From NCBI GenBank assembly GCA_012295275.1, contig CM022679.1:16368001-16432000 (forward strand): a stretch of 64,000 nt of DNA, written 5' to 3'. The notes beneath the pieces are model-generated. The model was given only the letters and a program-made list of their open reading frames with translations. It had not been told where the DNA came from and made no database searches. A program made the position numbers and the translations under genes. Below, piece after piece: positions 1 through 13,800 of this stretch. Source of the stretch: Chrysomallon squamiferum (taxonomy: Eukaryota; Animalia; Mollusca). Every line of letters starts with the position of its first letter. Within the stretch, counting starts at the first letter, position 1.

Positions 1-689
1 AAGTTTTAGAACTGATATAATGAACAGCGAAAAAATATTAAAATGGCAGATTTGTTGTCTGCAAGAGTGAAAGTAGCTTGTGTAATTCAGAAGTCAATTA
101 ATTGCCATTGTGTAATCACTAACAGTTTACAAATGCAAAATCTAATTTTGTTTAATGTTATTTTTTATGAATGAATAGTTTTTTGATTATTAATAAAATT
201 TTAACTTTTATTTATGAAAATATCAATCCCCTTCAATACTGTAATGGAACGCTCCTCTTTGAAAACGGTGGGCAAATTTATAACATATTTGTTAGAGGTT
301 TTGGGTTGTTGGTTGCATGGTACTTGTAGAGGCTAGTAGCAGTTCATTCCTCTATTGGTTTTACACTGTTACACAGTTTTTATTATTAAAATCAAATATA
401 ATATTTAATAAACATTATACTCTATACAATACATAATTATTTATCTTTGGGGATCACTATATATAAATTTGTTTTCAAATATTACAGGAGCAATACATTA
501 TTTTCACTTTCTATGTTGAGAGATGGGGTGCATGGGTGTGTATATTAACTAGTACTATGTGAGCAAGTTGCCTACGAGCAAGGGTACATAAGCCATAATA
601 GCAAAACAAAAAAACAAACAAACAAAAATTCATAAATATTTATTTAGAAACACTTATTCCCTCACCTAAAAGAATGCAGTGGAACAAAT

Positions 690-2640
690 ATCCGAATTTT
701 AAAGATATCAACTGGTGAAGGAAACAGCTTTTCCATGGGTTTGTAGGAGCTAAAAACTGGTGATGCAGAAAGTTTTCTTGCAGGCAGCTTACCTGACTTA
801 GCCGAGGCTATTAGCTCCACTGAAGCTGAAAAGTCAGGTTTCTATGCCCAATTGTTAATGTCAACAACAAACACCATGACAGATAGACATATTGTGAACA
901 AAAAATTCAAGATGCATCTTCAAGTGAGAGAAAATATTTAACAGATAGAGAAAAAAAAGAATATAATAGAAATCCATGGTCTTTACTGTGGACTCCATGT
1001 TCTAATTAATATGGCATCATCGGCCAAAAGTGTTATTGGTTTAAGCCATGATCTGATATACCAGTGTTGTAAAAGACTAACTGAAAGTGGATGTGGTGAT
1101 GAATTTAAAGCCATTCTTGAAGCAGAAAATAAGAAACATCATCTCATCACATTTATTGGCAATTGTTTCAATGACCTTTTCATCAACGGTGCTACTGTTT
1201 ATTATCACTGGAATGACATACCTTCTTTTTTCCATGAACACTACTGTGGGCAAAAGAATAAACTTTTACAAGCTATTCAAATGGTATAGAGATGATTGAT
1301 AATAAAGCCATGTGCCATGCTTTAGGCATTATTGAAAAGGACTCTTACTGGTCCATTGTGGTGGCTCTTGGAAGAAAACAAACATATTTTTGAAATGATC
1401 TCACATTGGGAACTTCTGTACACCAGTGTTCTAAACCTTAGCAAAGATACTACAGATCTTATTCATGGTGAATCCATATTCACAGGTGTTTGCATCACAA
1501 AGGATCATGTATGGGCTAATCTGTTTGCCACTCAAGATGCTGGATTCCAGCAAAAACCAAATACTGCCTACAAAAGGTTTTACACTCATTTATCCCATTG
1601 CTTTTTCACCAGTTACATGATCAGCTACCATGAGGAAAGTTCTATCAACCAAGTCAGAAAGTTATAGAGGAAACTGCTGGTGTTCAAGGCACATCAAAAT
1701 ATCTGAAGCTAACTTTGATGACCTTGACAGACTTGTGAAAAGAGCACTGCAGAAAGAAACTTCAACACAAGCAGGAGCTATACTTTATGTTAGAAACACG
1801 ACTGTCAAATATCTGAAATCTATTTCCAGTATCAAGAAAAGAAAGTATCTAGATACTGCTAGGAAACATGCAAAACAAGGAAGACAAACGGAATATCAAT
1901 GATGGAAAGAAATAATTAAAAACCATCAGCAACTTCTAGCAGAAAGAAAAAGAAAAAAGGGATTACAGGAACAAAAGGCAAGAGAATCAGCACAACAAAT
2001 AGCACAGAAAGTTCTTTCTGCTGGGTTATGGTACATTGACAAGCATGTTAACCAAAATGTACAGTTAAGTCAAGCTTCAAAAGGTAACAGTGCATGTAAA
2101 GTAGCAGTAAAGGAACAGATAAAATATGTACATGTGCATAAAGTCATTCTGATTGAAAAAAGTCTTGCAAAGTTTCAAAAAGACTAGCAGACTGTCACTG
2201 ATCCAGCTTGCAGAATATTTAAAATCCATCATGAGACTCCATCCATTATGAAATGTTTCACAACTGATTTGTCATTCAGTTATATCCTCACAACATTCAG
2301 ACAAAAAGAGGACAAATATCCATTCAGCGCCACAAATTAAAAAAGCCAAAGAATGATCCAGACGTGCAGAAAACCAAGTATTAGCTGTAGCTTATGATAC
2401 TGACTGGTTTGTAGGTGAGGTGTTGACAGTTCAAAAAAATCAGTAACAGTGAAATTTCTTCAAAATATTTCCATGCGCAAAGGAATCATGGTTGTTAAGT
2501 GGCCAAAGACTCATGACATCAAACACTTGGATGCCAAATTTGTGATTTCCTATGGCTCTGACATTGCACCAAATGATTCCAGTGGTTGAACAGTAAGTTT
2601 TCCTGGGAGTTTAAAAATTTCAAAGATGTATCGGGAATAA
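690..2640 (+). mobile_element. Degenerate DNA-transposon transposase (DDE-type) inside an intron of the TPR gene
   Basis: Collinear + strand coding-like fragments broken by stops/frameshifts: NTMTDRHIVNKKF (~870-910), GLYCGLHVLINMA (CxxH, ~978-1016), FIGNCFNDLFING, SEANFDDLDRL, and a C-terminal LAVAYDTDWFVGEV...VKWPK segment (~2380-2510). D/CxxH/E order fits hAT/P/MULE-related transposases (inference). No introns; ends not defined. Confidence 0.65.
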
Positions 2641-3375
2641 GAAAGACTTCATTTTTCAATTTAGTGACTATTTTTTTCACTGTTTGTAAATATATGCATA
2701 TAAGGTCAAGGTCATTTCATTGGATAATAATAAAATGTTGATAGTTAACTTATGTATTCTGTTTTAATAGAATACAAAATTTGACAAGAATTAGATAAAA
2801 ATTGTTGAAACTAGAAACATAAATGTACAAGAACAGCAAAATTTTGATATTTCTGATGACACCTTTGTTTTTTTTACTAGCACACTGTTTCTAAAAAATT
2901 GGGCATTTTAGCATCTTTGATTTGACATAGCTCACAAACTACTTATCCAACTTACAAAATTCAAAGAGCTAGTTATTTCTTTTAAGGGCCTCCTTGAAAT
3001 GATATTCAGTGTCAGATATAATTTTAACATTTACCTTTTGCTGCAGTTAATATATATATATATATCATTAATTTTGTTTAAATTTTTATTGTTTAATTAA
3101 ATTAAATAGAAAGAATATGTTCTTCAAGAGGTAAGGACATTTTCATTTTCCATTTTATAGTGAAAATCTTTTTTATTAAGAAATGCTAAAAGAAATTACT
3201 TATTTACTGTTGAAAGATCGACTTTGCAGGAAATGAAAGAGAAAGTATCAAAGCACATCTTACTCTATTATTAGTTGGAGACTGGAAATCTGAAACAAAA
3301 CAATAATCAGGAAATACATAACGCATATTAAAGTCATATGTACCTAAACCATGAATTTGTAAAAAAGAAACTTAC

Positions 3376-5784
3376 ATATGACTGAACATTCTCAAGTCCT
3401 TCTTTGGCTGTATTAAGAGCTTCTTTGTATTTCATTTTTGCTCTGAGAGCTTGAATTTTTCTGTAATACGCTTTCATATTTTTTGGCTGAAGTTCAATAG
3501 CTGCACACAAAAAAAAAGAAAAGAAATTGCAAACAAAAGTTAAAATTAAGATTTCAATTTTATGAACTGAATATATGAAAAGATCTAGTACATATTTTTA
3601 AAAACTATAAATAATTAATCCTAACTAAGACACTACAAAGACCAACCAATAAAAACAGTAAACAACAACAAACTAACAGACTGAGCTTAGCATAAATAAT
3701 ATCCTATATTTTATTCAACTTTTAAGACAACATTACTAAGTCATAATGAAGACATTTTTCAGCCCTTTAATTCAATTTTTGTAGCAATAAATAAATAGGA
3801 TTGTACAAACTAGAACTTCAATACATTTTTTTAGAATGTTAAATAAAAATAAAATACTACTACTGCTGCTATTAACAATATATACATATACATAAACACA
3901 CATATATTTAAATATAATTCACTCACCAATGTCACAATCCTCAACAGCTTTGTCATACATCTCCTGCAATTAAACAAACAAAACTTGCATTGATGCAAAC
4001 ACTTGTTTAATCACTTTTCATAAAAATGAAAAGAAAAAACCTAAAGAATATTTTTGATTTTCATATTTTTAAGTGTTTCAATTTCCTTTAAAAATGAAAA
4101 ATATATCATTATATGTTTCTGCTCCCTCCATGTTTACACACACACAGTATTTCTGCACTTAAAAAAAAAAAATGTTCATGTTATAATCACTAGCAACTAT
4201 ATCTGAAATGTTTTAATTATTTGAGTTCTTACCAATAGAAAGATGCATAAAAATTAAATGTTTTACTGCAAAAATTTTACTATATTCCAGAAACTGCATC
4301 CAATATTGAAAAAATATATATAAATATTATAATCAAATAATATTCAGTGAAATTATTCAAGCACTTCTTTCATTTGAAGAAGATTAATAATAATAAGATA
4401 AATGTTTAAACTTCTAACATACAAGCTTTAGACAGCAGATTGCACGGTTTGAGTGGAGTGTTGAAAGGAATTCTGGATCAACCTCATGATAGAACCGATT
4501 ATCCAGCATCTTGGTTAAAAAGAGAGCATGACAGTAGTGCTTTAATGCTGTGTCATACTGAGCTTCTCTGAATAGCTGGTTTCCTTCATCTTTGAGATCT
4601 TGCATTAAACTCATCAGATGAATCTAAAATATTAAATATTTAATTTGTTAGAGATGCCATATCTTAGCATTATTGTTGTAATGTTAAAGATAAGTCCTTT
4701 CAACTGCAATAAAATTATTTTTAAAGATGTTATAATTTGAGCCCATTCATTATAATTTACCAAACTTTGGCCATATTTCCAAGTTATATATATTATATTT
4801 TTATTAAATGTTCATGACATAGTATATAATAGAAATTACAATAAAAAAACTAAAAAATATAACAGAACAAATTCTAGTCTGGGAAACAAAATAAACAGTT
4901 ATCTTACTTTATCAATCTCAGGTTCCCTTTCATTCCTGAAAATAATTTTTTAAAAACATTTCAATACAGAGTAATAATTAATTATACAAGATCTTGTTCT
5001 TATGGAATAGGATATGCTATTTGTGCTTAACATATTCATTTCAGTGTTTTGAATACATTATCAAATTATAGTTACTGCTTTATTGGTTGCTATTAATCTT
5101 ATAATTATATAAGATATAATAATAATAATATATGAGAATAAAATAACAAACATGTTGTGTTTACGGAAATCCATACTCTGTCCTTTTCCTATTATTTAAA
5201 TATATCACAAGAGACTGTGGTGGGTTTTGGGGGGGGTTTCTTAATAAATGTTTTTAATTCATCATTTCCTTTTCTTTTTTATATCTTTCTCTATGCTCTA
5301 TTACTTTCATATTCTATTACAATGGAACAACATCCAGAAATAAATAAGTCACAAAATGTATTTAGGTTATTTGTTTATACCACACCATAAATATATTTTA
5401 CAAGAACTATCATATTAATTTAGATCATTACTCTTTAGACAGTGTTTTATGTACAACAGAACACGATAATTTCAAAGAATATATTTAATATGTGTAGTTA
5501 GATAGGCCTATTTTTAGACTGTGATTTAAATTTTCAATTATTACCAAAATCAAAAGAACTATTTTTTTGAAGGAAACCATATATGATATTTAACCTTATA
5601 CATGAAATTTTTGATATTACTGGTGACAGCAAAAAAAATAAATTACAAAAAATAAATATAACCTGGTTTTACAGTGATTAATAGTAACAAATGAAAACTT
5701 TAAAACCTACTGCAGATCATTCCAGAAGAACTGTATCCTCTGCTTTCTCTGACTTCTTTGTTCAGGTGTACCCTGGACATCCAT
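3376..5784 (-). CDS. TPR-domain protein, 5' part (ZC3H7A/B-like N-terminus); gene continues beyond the left edge
   Basis: Phase-consistent GT-AG exons 5784-5711, 4935-4908, 4623-4423, 3963-3927, 3500-3376 give MDVQGTPEQRSQRKQRIQFFWNDLQNEREPEIDKIHLMSLMQDLKDEGNQLFREAQYDTALKHY...LHSNRAICCLKLEMYDKAVEDCDIAIELQPKNMKAYYRKIQAL: three TPR motifs. The leader resembles ZC3H7B from memory; no zinc fingers are seen in the window, so orthology is unproven. Confidence 0.8.
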
Positions 5785-7346
5785 CTTGAAACCCAAAGCT
5801 GAAATAAAATACAAAACAGCAAATAAAGCAAATATTCAAACTCATCTTCCTTGCTACATATAAGCATGCATGCACTTGCACACATACACACACACAGAAA
5901 TTAGATGTACATGTATACACACAGAAGAAATAAAATTTTAGTTTTCAGAGACAATAATCTTTCAATGATCATAATATACACACTGACATCTATCACAAAC
6001 ATCAGTTTCATATCCAGGAAGCCTTATTTTGGTGACAGCTAATCTAGAAAAGATTCTTTTTTAGGCTTTTGATTTTTTGTTTTAGAAAGTTTTTATGCCG
6101 TGGGTCTAACCGGGAGATACATATACTAAGTCAGAGCACACATATTACAGGCCCATTTTAAACTTCTGTTGTGTGTCACATTTACAAAGAGCTATCTGTA
6201 ATTGTTAGTGTTAGAATTAGTGAGCTATAATAATAAAATATATTACAAGAGATGTCAAGTTTTTTAACAGTACTATTTCATTCGAACAGTAAGTAAAAAG
6301 CATATTACCAGCATTGATTTATAATTATTAAATCTGTAAGTGATAAAATGTTTGAAACTTGAAGGAAAACTTCTTAAAATATAACTTCAACTTAAACAAG
6401 TCTTATGTTTTGCATGGACTAACAGGAATGATAACTTGTAACAGCACTAATTGCATGTTCAAAAAATGGCTCCATATTTCTCCAATCTAATGCCTGAATG
6501 TTCTTTCCAAATGGGTTCCAAATGGGTTTAAAACCATAACATGGCAGTTTCTGAGAGCGCACAGAAATTTCCAGTCAAAATTCAAGACAGTGGTGTTTGA
6601 TGCCAGTCAGTGTTCATAAACATTTAAACATATATTCTTTCATAATGAAATCACTTTTACATGGATTATAACATGTAATTTGTTAAAATAATTCATTTAA
6701 TCAATGCCTGGTAGCTTTGACCTCATACCACCTCATGCCCATTTCATACTATATTTTTTCTAATTTGATTATGACGCCAGCAAAAAAAACAACCAAAACA
6801 AACAAACAAAAAAAGTAAATAATTTTCAACACTGGTGGCTGTATATGAAGATGACTATTCTCATTATGTACGATGTGGACATGTTACTCTGCCAAAACTC
6901 CACAGCAGACAGTTCTGAGTTCATTATTGTAAACAGTAAAACAATTCTTGAAACCATTACAAATAAAACAAAATTCTATTATTTATTTCCATTTTCAATG
7001 AATTAGAAGTCACATGTAAAAAACAAATTAATCACATATTATTTGGATGATTGCCCTGATCATTCATTATACCGTTTCACTTTTTCAACGTTTGATACTA
7101 GTTTTAGGACAGAAAATTGACTTTTTTTTTCTTTTCTTTTTTTAAAAGGTCCGTCAACCAGCCGTAAGAAGAAAGTTTAAAAAATCATAGTCTATGCTGC
7201 TTATTACTTCTTAACTTAAGAAACTTTTGAATTTTACGTATGACCCAATTATTGATATTATTACTAAAATTAATAATAACAAACTTGTATTAGAAAATAA
7301 CAAAAGTATTTAATGATGATTTACGATAAGGGATTCGCCTTTATAC

Positions 7347-7669
7347 CTCAGATATGATGCGATATAATCATAATGTCACTTGGTTTTCAATAAAAACCAG
7401 CACTGCGTAAAAATTTATGCCAGCCATTTCAATTTGTTCTTTTATATTTCCCGTGGGTCTGCGACGCACCATTTCTCTCTCTCTTCAAAGAAAATTTAAT
7501 TTATTTGTTAGGAAATACGTTTATTGTGTTTTACTATTTATATGTTATGAAAATCTTTTTCATGCAATATTAGAATATACTGATTAATAATTCCTTTTTA
7601 AAGTCGAATGCTTTTGTTGTTATTCATTTATTTTTAGCTTTTTATTTGTTATACTTGAAACACGCGCCT

Positions 7670-7742
<73 letters not shown>

Positions 7743-7891
7743 CCTCAGACACAAAACCATTATCAAGGACAGTTATTTAATATGTTGAACACAGACGGTT
7801 AGAACATGAACTGACGTCCTCGGTGCTGAAAACAGAGGTAGAAATTAAGTTAAAATGCAGGTGGCGCTGACGTTGACGTGTTTTATCCAAA
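7347..7891. promoter_or_regulatory. Putative bidirectional promoter between the TPR gene and SRP68
   Basis: CpG-richer than the flanks; CRE-like TGACGT motifs at ~7812, ~7868, ~7875; candidate non-coding first exon on minus with donor GAG|GTATAA ending at 7347; contains a (GA)n tract. Confidence 0.5.
7673..7740. repeat. (GA)34 microsatellite
   Basis: Perfect dinucleotide run directly visible. Confidence 0.97.
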
Positions 7892-10800
7892 ATGGCTGGT
7901 GAAAGAGAAAGCGTGGATTCTTCTCGGGAACGAAAAACAGACGACCAAACAAGCACAGATCAACCTGTAGCGCAGTCGTTTACCGTTGAAGGTATGCATG
8001 CTACAGGGAATGTAATGTCAAAATACACGTGGATAGTTAAGGTTTCATGTGACCGAAATAATGTTAAAACATTTTTATACAAATGTTCAATATGTTAAAC
8101 GTTAAAGTAAAAACACATGGTGAGTGCGGCTATCGCGGTGTTATATTATTGTATCACGGTTATATGCTGTTATTTCAAAATAAATTTTAACAGTTTTCGA
8201 AATGAGAGTAAGACAAAGCTGATATATTTTACTGGTTTACCAGTAACAGAAAAACTTTATAAAATATATATATATTTTTTGTTTGTTTAAATAATATTAA
8301 TAAATATGAAACTCAAACTTTACTTAAAGAAATCATTTTTCACTTGACTGTTTCAAGTTTAATTAAAAACATTTGAAAGTCAGGCATAACGCAGCCAGTT
8401 CATCGTTAATCATCAGTAGCAGTTACTTACTGTTAGCTTCAGGTGTATCCATGAAATAAATAATCAATAATGAGATAAAATTGTAGTTAAGATTAGACTC
8501 CTGTATTATCAGTAATTGGTTACCATAAGCAAACTTAAATATAATCCTTTTGTATTTATTGTAATCATAAAAATGTTTTAAAAATGTATGTAAACTTGTG
8601 TATTTCACTGAAATTTATCTGAAGTGTGAAGCATTGTAACAAATGTTCAGTGTGCTTTATTTTTGATAAAAATTTATTTAATTTGTTTCACAATTTACAT
8701 AAAAATAATGATAATAAATATATTCTTCAATTCCATTTTTTGCAACTTGGGCTAATCCCTTCTATAAATCAGATAATGTTCATGGCAACATACATTTAAT
8801 TTTCTAAGAATTATGACATTTATTGTGATTACAGTATTACTGTTAACTAATTAAGTGAATAATGGACACATATGGCTCCTTAGTTCCTTTATTATATTAG
8901 TTCAACAACACATTATCTGGTGAAATTCTACACATCAACTCAGATGTAAACTTTTGATACTATATATAGGTATGTGTATTACTGCCGGAACTGCGACTGC
9001 CATTTTCTGCTATATCCGTGTGACCTGGATCTCCCTGATGTCTCTGCATAAATCGCTTCTCATTGGTCAGGGGCTGGGAGTTTCGGTTATCCCTGATGGT
9101 ATAATTAGCATGAAATTCCTGTATCCTCACTCATTTTCGGATTTTTCAGTTCGGTCAATTGGTTCGTTTCGGAGTTCAAATTTTTTTTCGTATTCAACAC
9201 GTTAAAATTGGTTGTTTTCGATATCGGAGGATAATCTAAGGTAGATGTAGGCGAAGAACAATATTTAATTTTATTATATGTGAATTTATATTGAAATCTG
9301 ACATAGCTGAGCAAATTTATTAACCCCGGGAAGACGAGCTGCAAAATCGAAATGGCTTCAAAATCAAACATGGCGGAACAAAAATTTGAGTGAAACTGAA
9401 GTAATTTCTACCCTCGATTTCAGCTATGTTTGATAAATGAGTGATAGAACAGATTGTGATGCTGTATAAATATACGACTGTACTCTGTGTCACACTTTTA
9501 TTACCCGATGGATTGTAAATAGTGGACAATTGTGGATTTTGCGAGTGCCTTCAGCCAGTCGGTATGAACTAATTTTGAAATTTAGTAATCATTATTGTTA
9601 TGTTGGCCTTCTTTTCGGGATGCCTAACTTGAAGTGGAAAAGAAAATCCCCCAATCCAAGGACTGGTATAGCCAACCAACACTTGGAAGAGAACTTTTCC
9701 AATGGAATTCCAGTTTCTTTGGCGAATTTCTTAAATGGTCACATATTCAATATTGTTTATTTTTGTCTTTCGCTGCAAAAAAAGCCATGCGAAGACCTTT
9801 ACAGAACTTCAATCATATATCCCCAGTAATATTACTGGTCATCAGAGAAATACAGTTTTGAATTATATTACATCACAAATTCAGAAACTTGTTGACAACA
9901 CTCTGAACAAGTTCAAGAAACTCGGTGACACTGTGGAATTCAATATGTTTGATTCCATTTGTCACGAAAGTTTTGATCAGCTGAACCTGACCAGTACTAT
10001 TTCCACAGTTATGTCATGTATTATCCAGCCAGTGGAAGTCCCTCAGGCTGATGAAAAAAATGCCATTGTTCTTCCCAGTACCAAGCCTGTTGCTGTGTCC
10101 TCGCTGAAAAGCAGGCAGTTAAGAAAGTGCCAGAACTGTGAGAGATATCATGAAAGTTTGCAATTTGCCAAACAGAAAGTGAGAAACAGGATCTCTTAAA
10201 ACGTCAGAATTAAAATATACTGTATTACTAATTATTTATATTGCACTTTTAATAGCTTGAATTGAGAGAACTAGTTACCATCTATCTTCAGTCCAAATTT
10301 CACTAATAAAATTTGATTATTAAGAAAGTTACATGCATTTTAGTGAAAAACAATAGGATTTTGGTCACGCCATTGTAATGCAAATGCAGTAAATAATAGA
10401 ACAATTAATTAGTGTTAACTGAAAACGTTAAAATGCTGTAACTTCCTTAATACTCAACAGAATCACATGATGTTTGTTGTTTTTTTTACAGGGTTTTTAG
10501 AGTTCTTTTCAGCAATGTTATTTATGTTGAATTTGGTGGTGATTGAATTTTTTGTCCACATACCTACTATATAATAGATTACTCTAAACAGGAATGTACA
10601 GTTTCATTCTCATTTCTTTTTTTAGTTCTTCAGATCATTAAAGAAGCTCAGCAGCAGCATGGTTTACGTCATGGTGACTATCAAAGATACAGGTATGTGA
10701 TAATGTGATTCTGAAAATAATGAGCAATATATTATGACTGTTAACAATTTTATTGCATTTGCAAGAAGTTTTTGGATTTGTTTTTTTAAACTTCATTTAC

Positions 10801-13800
10801 ACGAACAGATTGTGTAGTCATTTATTATAAGATACAGTTGTTATTTGTTTATGTTGCAGCTTTTTCAGAGGCAAATGCTAAATTTCTTAAGCAATTAGTT
10901 TTACAACTGTTTATTAAATATTTTCATTTTATTATTATTATTATTATTTTAATGTTTTGATATTCATGGTTTGTAATCTTTAACTTTTGCAGGTTTCTGA
11001 TAATAGCCTTTTGTAACAGCATCACACACACACACACCTAGATTAGTTTAAATATTTAGTCGAAATATTTGTTGATAGGAAGGAGTCACTTATTAGCTGT
11101 ATTCATTTTAAAACAGAAATAAAATTTGTTCATCATTTATTTAAATTATCTTTTTCATGCCATGCGGTATGATGATTGAAATCTTGTATAGATGTATTTT
11201 AGTGAATGTGTTAATACTGAGTAATAATGATGTGATCCTTTTCCTCCATTAGATGTATAAATATAAACATTATTTCAGGGGCTACTGTTCTAGAAGAATC
11301 AGACGTATTAGAAAATCTTTACATTTTCCTCAGGGAGGTAAATATAAAGTACAGCCAAAAAAGATTGTGCCTGAAATGTTAACTGATGCCAGGTAAAACT
11401 ATTTTTGTGTTTATTTTGTCTTTTTTTAATAATTACCTTTCGATATATAATATTGACTTGATTGATGCTAGGTTTCTTTTAAATAGTTAAACAGAAGCTA
11501 ACAGTAGATTATAAATACCATAAGAATTAGTACCAGCAGCCTAGCCAATATAATTGGTTGACGTTAAGATTTTGTCCATTTTCCTCCACTCCCAAATCCC
11601 TTCTATAAATCCTACCATAAAAACAAATAAATGGAAATAATGATCATTATGTGCTCTTTTAAATGGTGGTGTTCTTGTGGTATGTTAATCAGTTCTTTGT
11701 ACGAGTGTTAAACATGATGGGGTAAACGTATTTCAGCACCCATGGTCAGCAATTAAAAGTGAGGAGTAAAAAATCCTAAAATAGGGTTGCTCTACAAACG
11801 CCTGGCTTGTTTTTGCAAAAATGGCTTCAGTATTATTTTTAGCACAGTAGGCTCAAAGTTCAATCTTTCTAACTGTGTGCATGTTGCAATCCAAGGATTA
11901 GCTGAGTTTATGTATTGCAGAGGATTATGGTTAAACATCAAATGCTTTCATTATGTGCTAAATTTTTTGCATATTATGTGAAATTAAAGTCAGAAAAAAT
12001 TGCCTGCCAGTACCTATAAGAATTGATTAAAAATAATGAAAACGAAAATACTTTTCATTTGTGGTTTAATATTGTTATCCTTCACTGGATGTTATCAAGT
12101 AATTTTAAACAGATTTTTGAATAACATCCAGTGTCATGTTCTATGGCATATATCTCTGTTATTCTTTGGTGATGTTTAATTTATGTCACAATTGATATTT
12201 AATGTTGTTGTTATTTTTTTTTATAGATTTCTACACTTGCCACTGTTCTGTGCTGAAAGAACATGGGCATATGCAATGGAGCTGAAGTCAGAGGCAAATA
12301 CTGAACTTAGAAAGAAATTTCACATGTTGTCTAGAATGAAAAAAGCAGTTCATTATTCTGAAGAGTTAGCCGTTTTATGTGAAAGTCCGCAATGTGATGC
12401 CAAGACAAAGCTAGAGAGCCAGGTTTTAACTTTTATTTATTTGTATTTTTTTTTTTTATATATGATTTCTTACTGCAGTCACTTACTGAAATTATATGAG
12501 AGTATATTTTTTTACCAAATTAATTGTTTTGCTGCTTGAGAGCTAGGTTTAATGTTAACACATTTTTTCTTTTGTTTGATCTTTCATTATTGTCACTTAT
12601 TGGGAGCATACATTATATAAAAACAGATTCTTTTATCCAGATAATTGTATTAATTATTTTGATTATGTCTCGAAAAATGTTAACTTTGGAATTTAATGTG
12701 CATTTTTGTATCTACGTTTACTGCATATTTAACTCATTATCCAAGATACTTTTAAACATTTTTGAAAAATGTTTGTTTCTGCAGGCTTACAATGCTTGGA
12801 TGAAAGGAAATCTTAATTTTATGCTAGAGAAGTGGGAATTAGCAATTGAATTATACAGCAGTGCGAAGTAAGTTGAGACAGAATTATTTATTCTCTTTTT
12901 CAAAACTTTCTTTTTATTTAGTTTAATAATAACATGTTTTTTTTCTCTCATACAGTTAACATCATCTAGAGAAACTGTTCAGTATAAAATACAGTTAAAA
13001 ATTAACTTAAAGACAAACTTGCTGCTAACTGGTAAGATGGAAGCAATGAGTTTTCATTGCTTTCATAAAAAAATATTACACACATACTCCTACATAAACT
13101 AGATTTTTGATATAAGTGAGCTGGGTGGGACATAGTGAAGTTGAAGGTGCTTGTCTGGTGTCCCTTTATTTAAAATGCACCCTTCTTAGCCAGCACATCA
13201 TAACAGAATTATGAAATGGCCTTGATGCATAATCCTATTTTGGGGATGGTATATATAAAAATATTGTTTTTGCTAATCGAACAGAATAGCCCAAACTTAT
13301 TGCATTGTGTTATCTCTTTCATTCTCATTTGTAATCTTTGACCATATGTCTAGCAGCATAGAACTGTTTTCCTTCATTCATGATCTATATTTTTATCAGG
13401 ACAGTATATGAAAAACTAGCTGGTGCTTTCTCTGAAGACCTACAAACAATGTATCTTCAGAAAGTTGAGGAGATTTCTCCCAACATTCGTTACTGTGCCT
13501 ACAACATTGGTGATGAATCTGCTCTACGGGATCTCCAGAACATGAGGCTAAAATCTGGTGAAGATCAGCTTACCTCAAAACTTGATGTAAGTCTCCAAAG
13601 TAGTGTATATTATCATTATTGTTTCAGGACTCATTTTCATTTAATATATATAAATACAAATGCTTATATTTCTGTCTGTCCGACTGTCCATTCATCCATC
13701 CATCTGAATTTTGAATAAAAATGTATTTCAGATGTTGTAAGTGTGAAAGATGCACATTTATGAGAATATTCTGTCTAAGAGGATGTATTATGAGAACAAC

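Noticed and set aside
541-3060. TATATTAACT / AGTTAATATA as TIRs of the left transposon
   Set aside because: Match is short, AT-only and adjacent to a TA run; no extension or convincing TSD.
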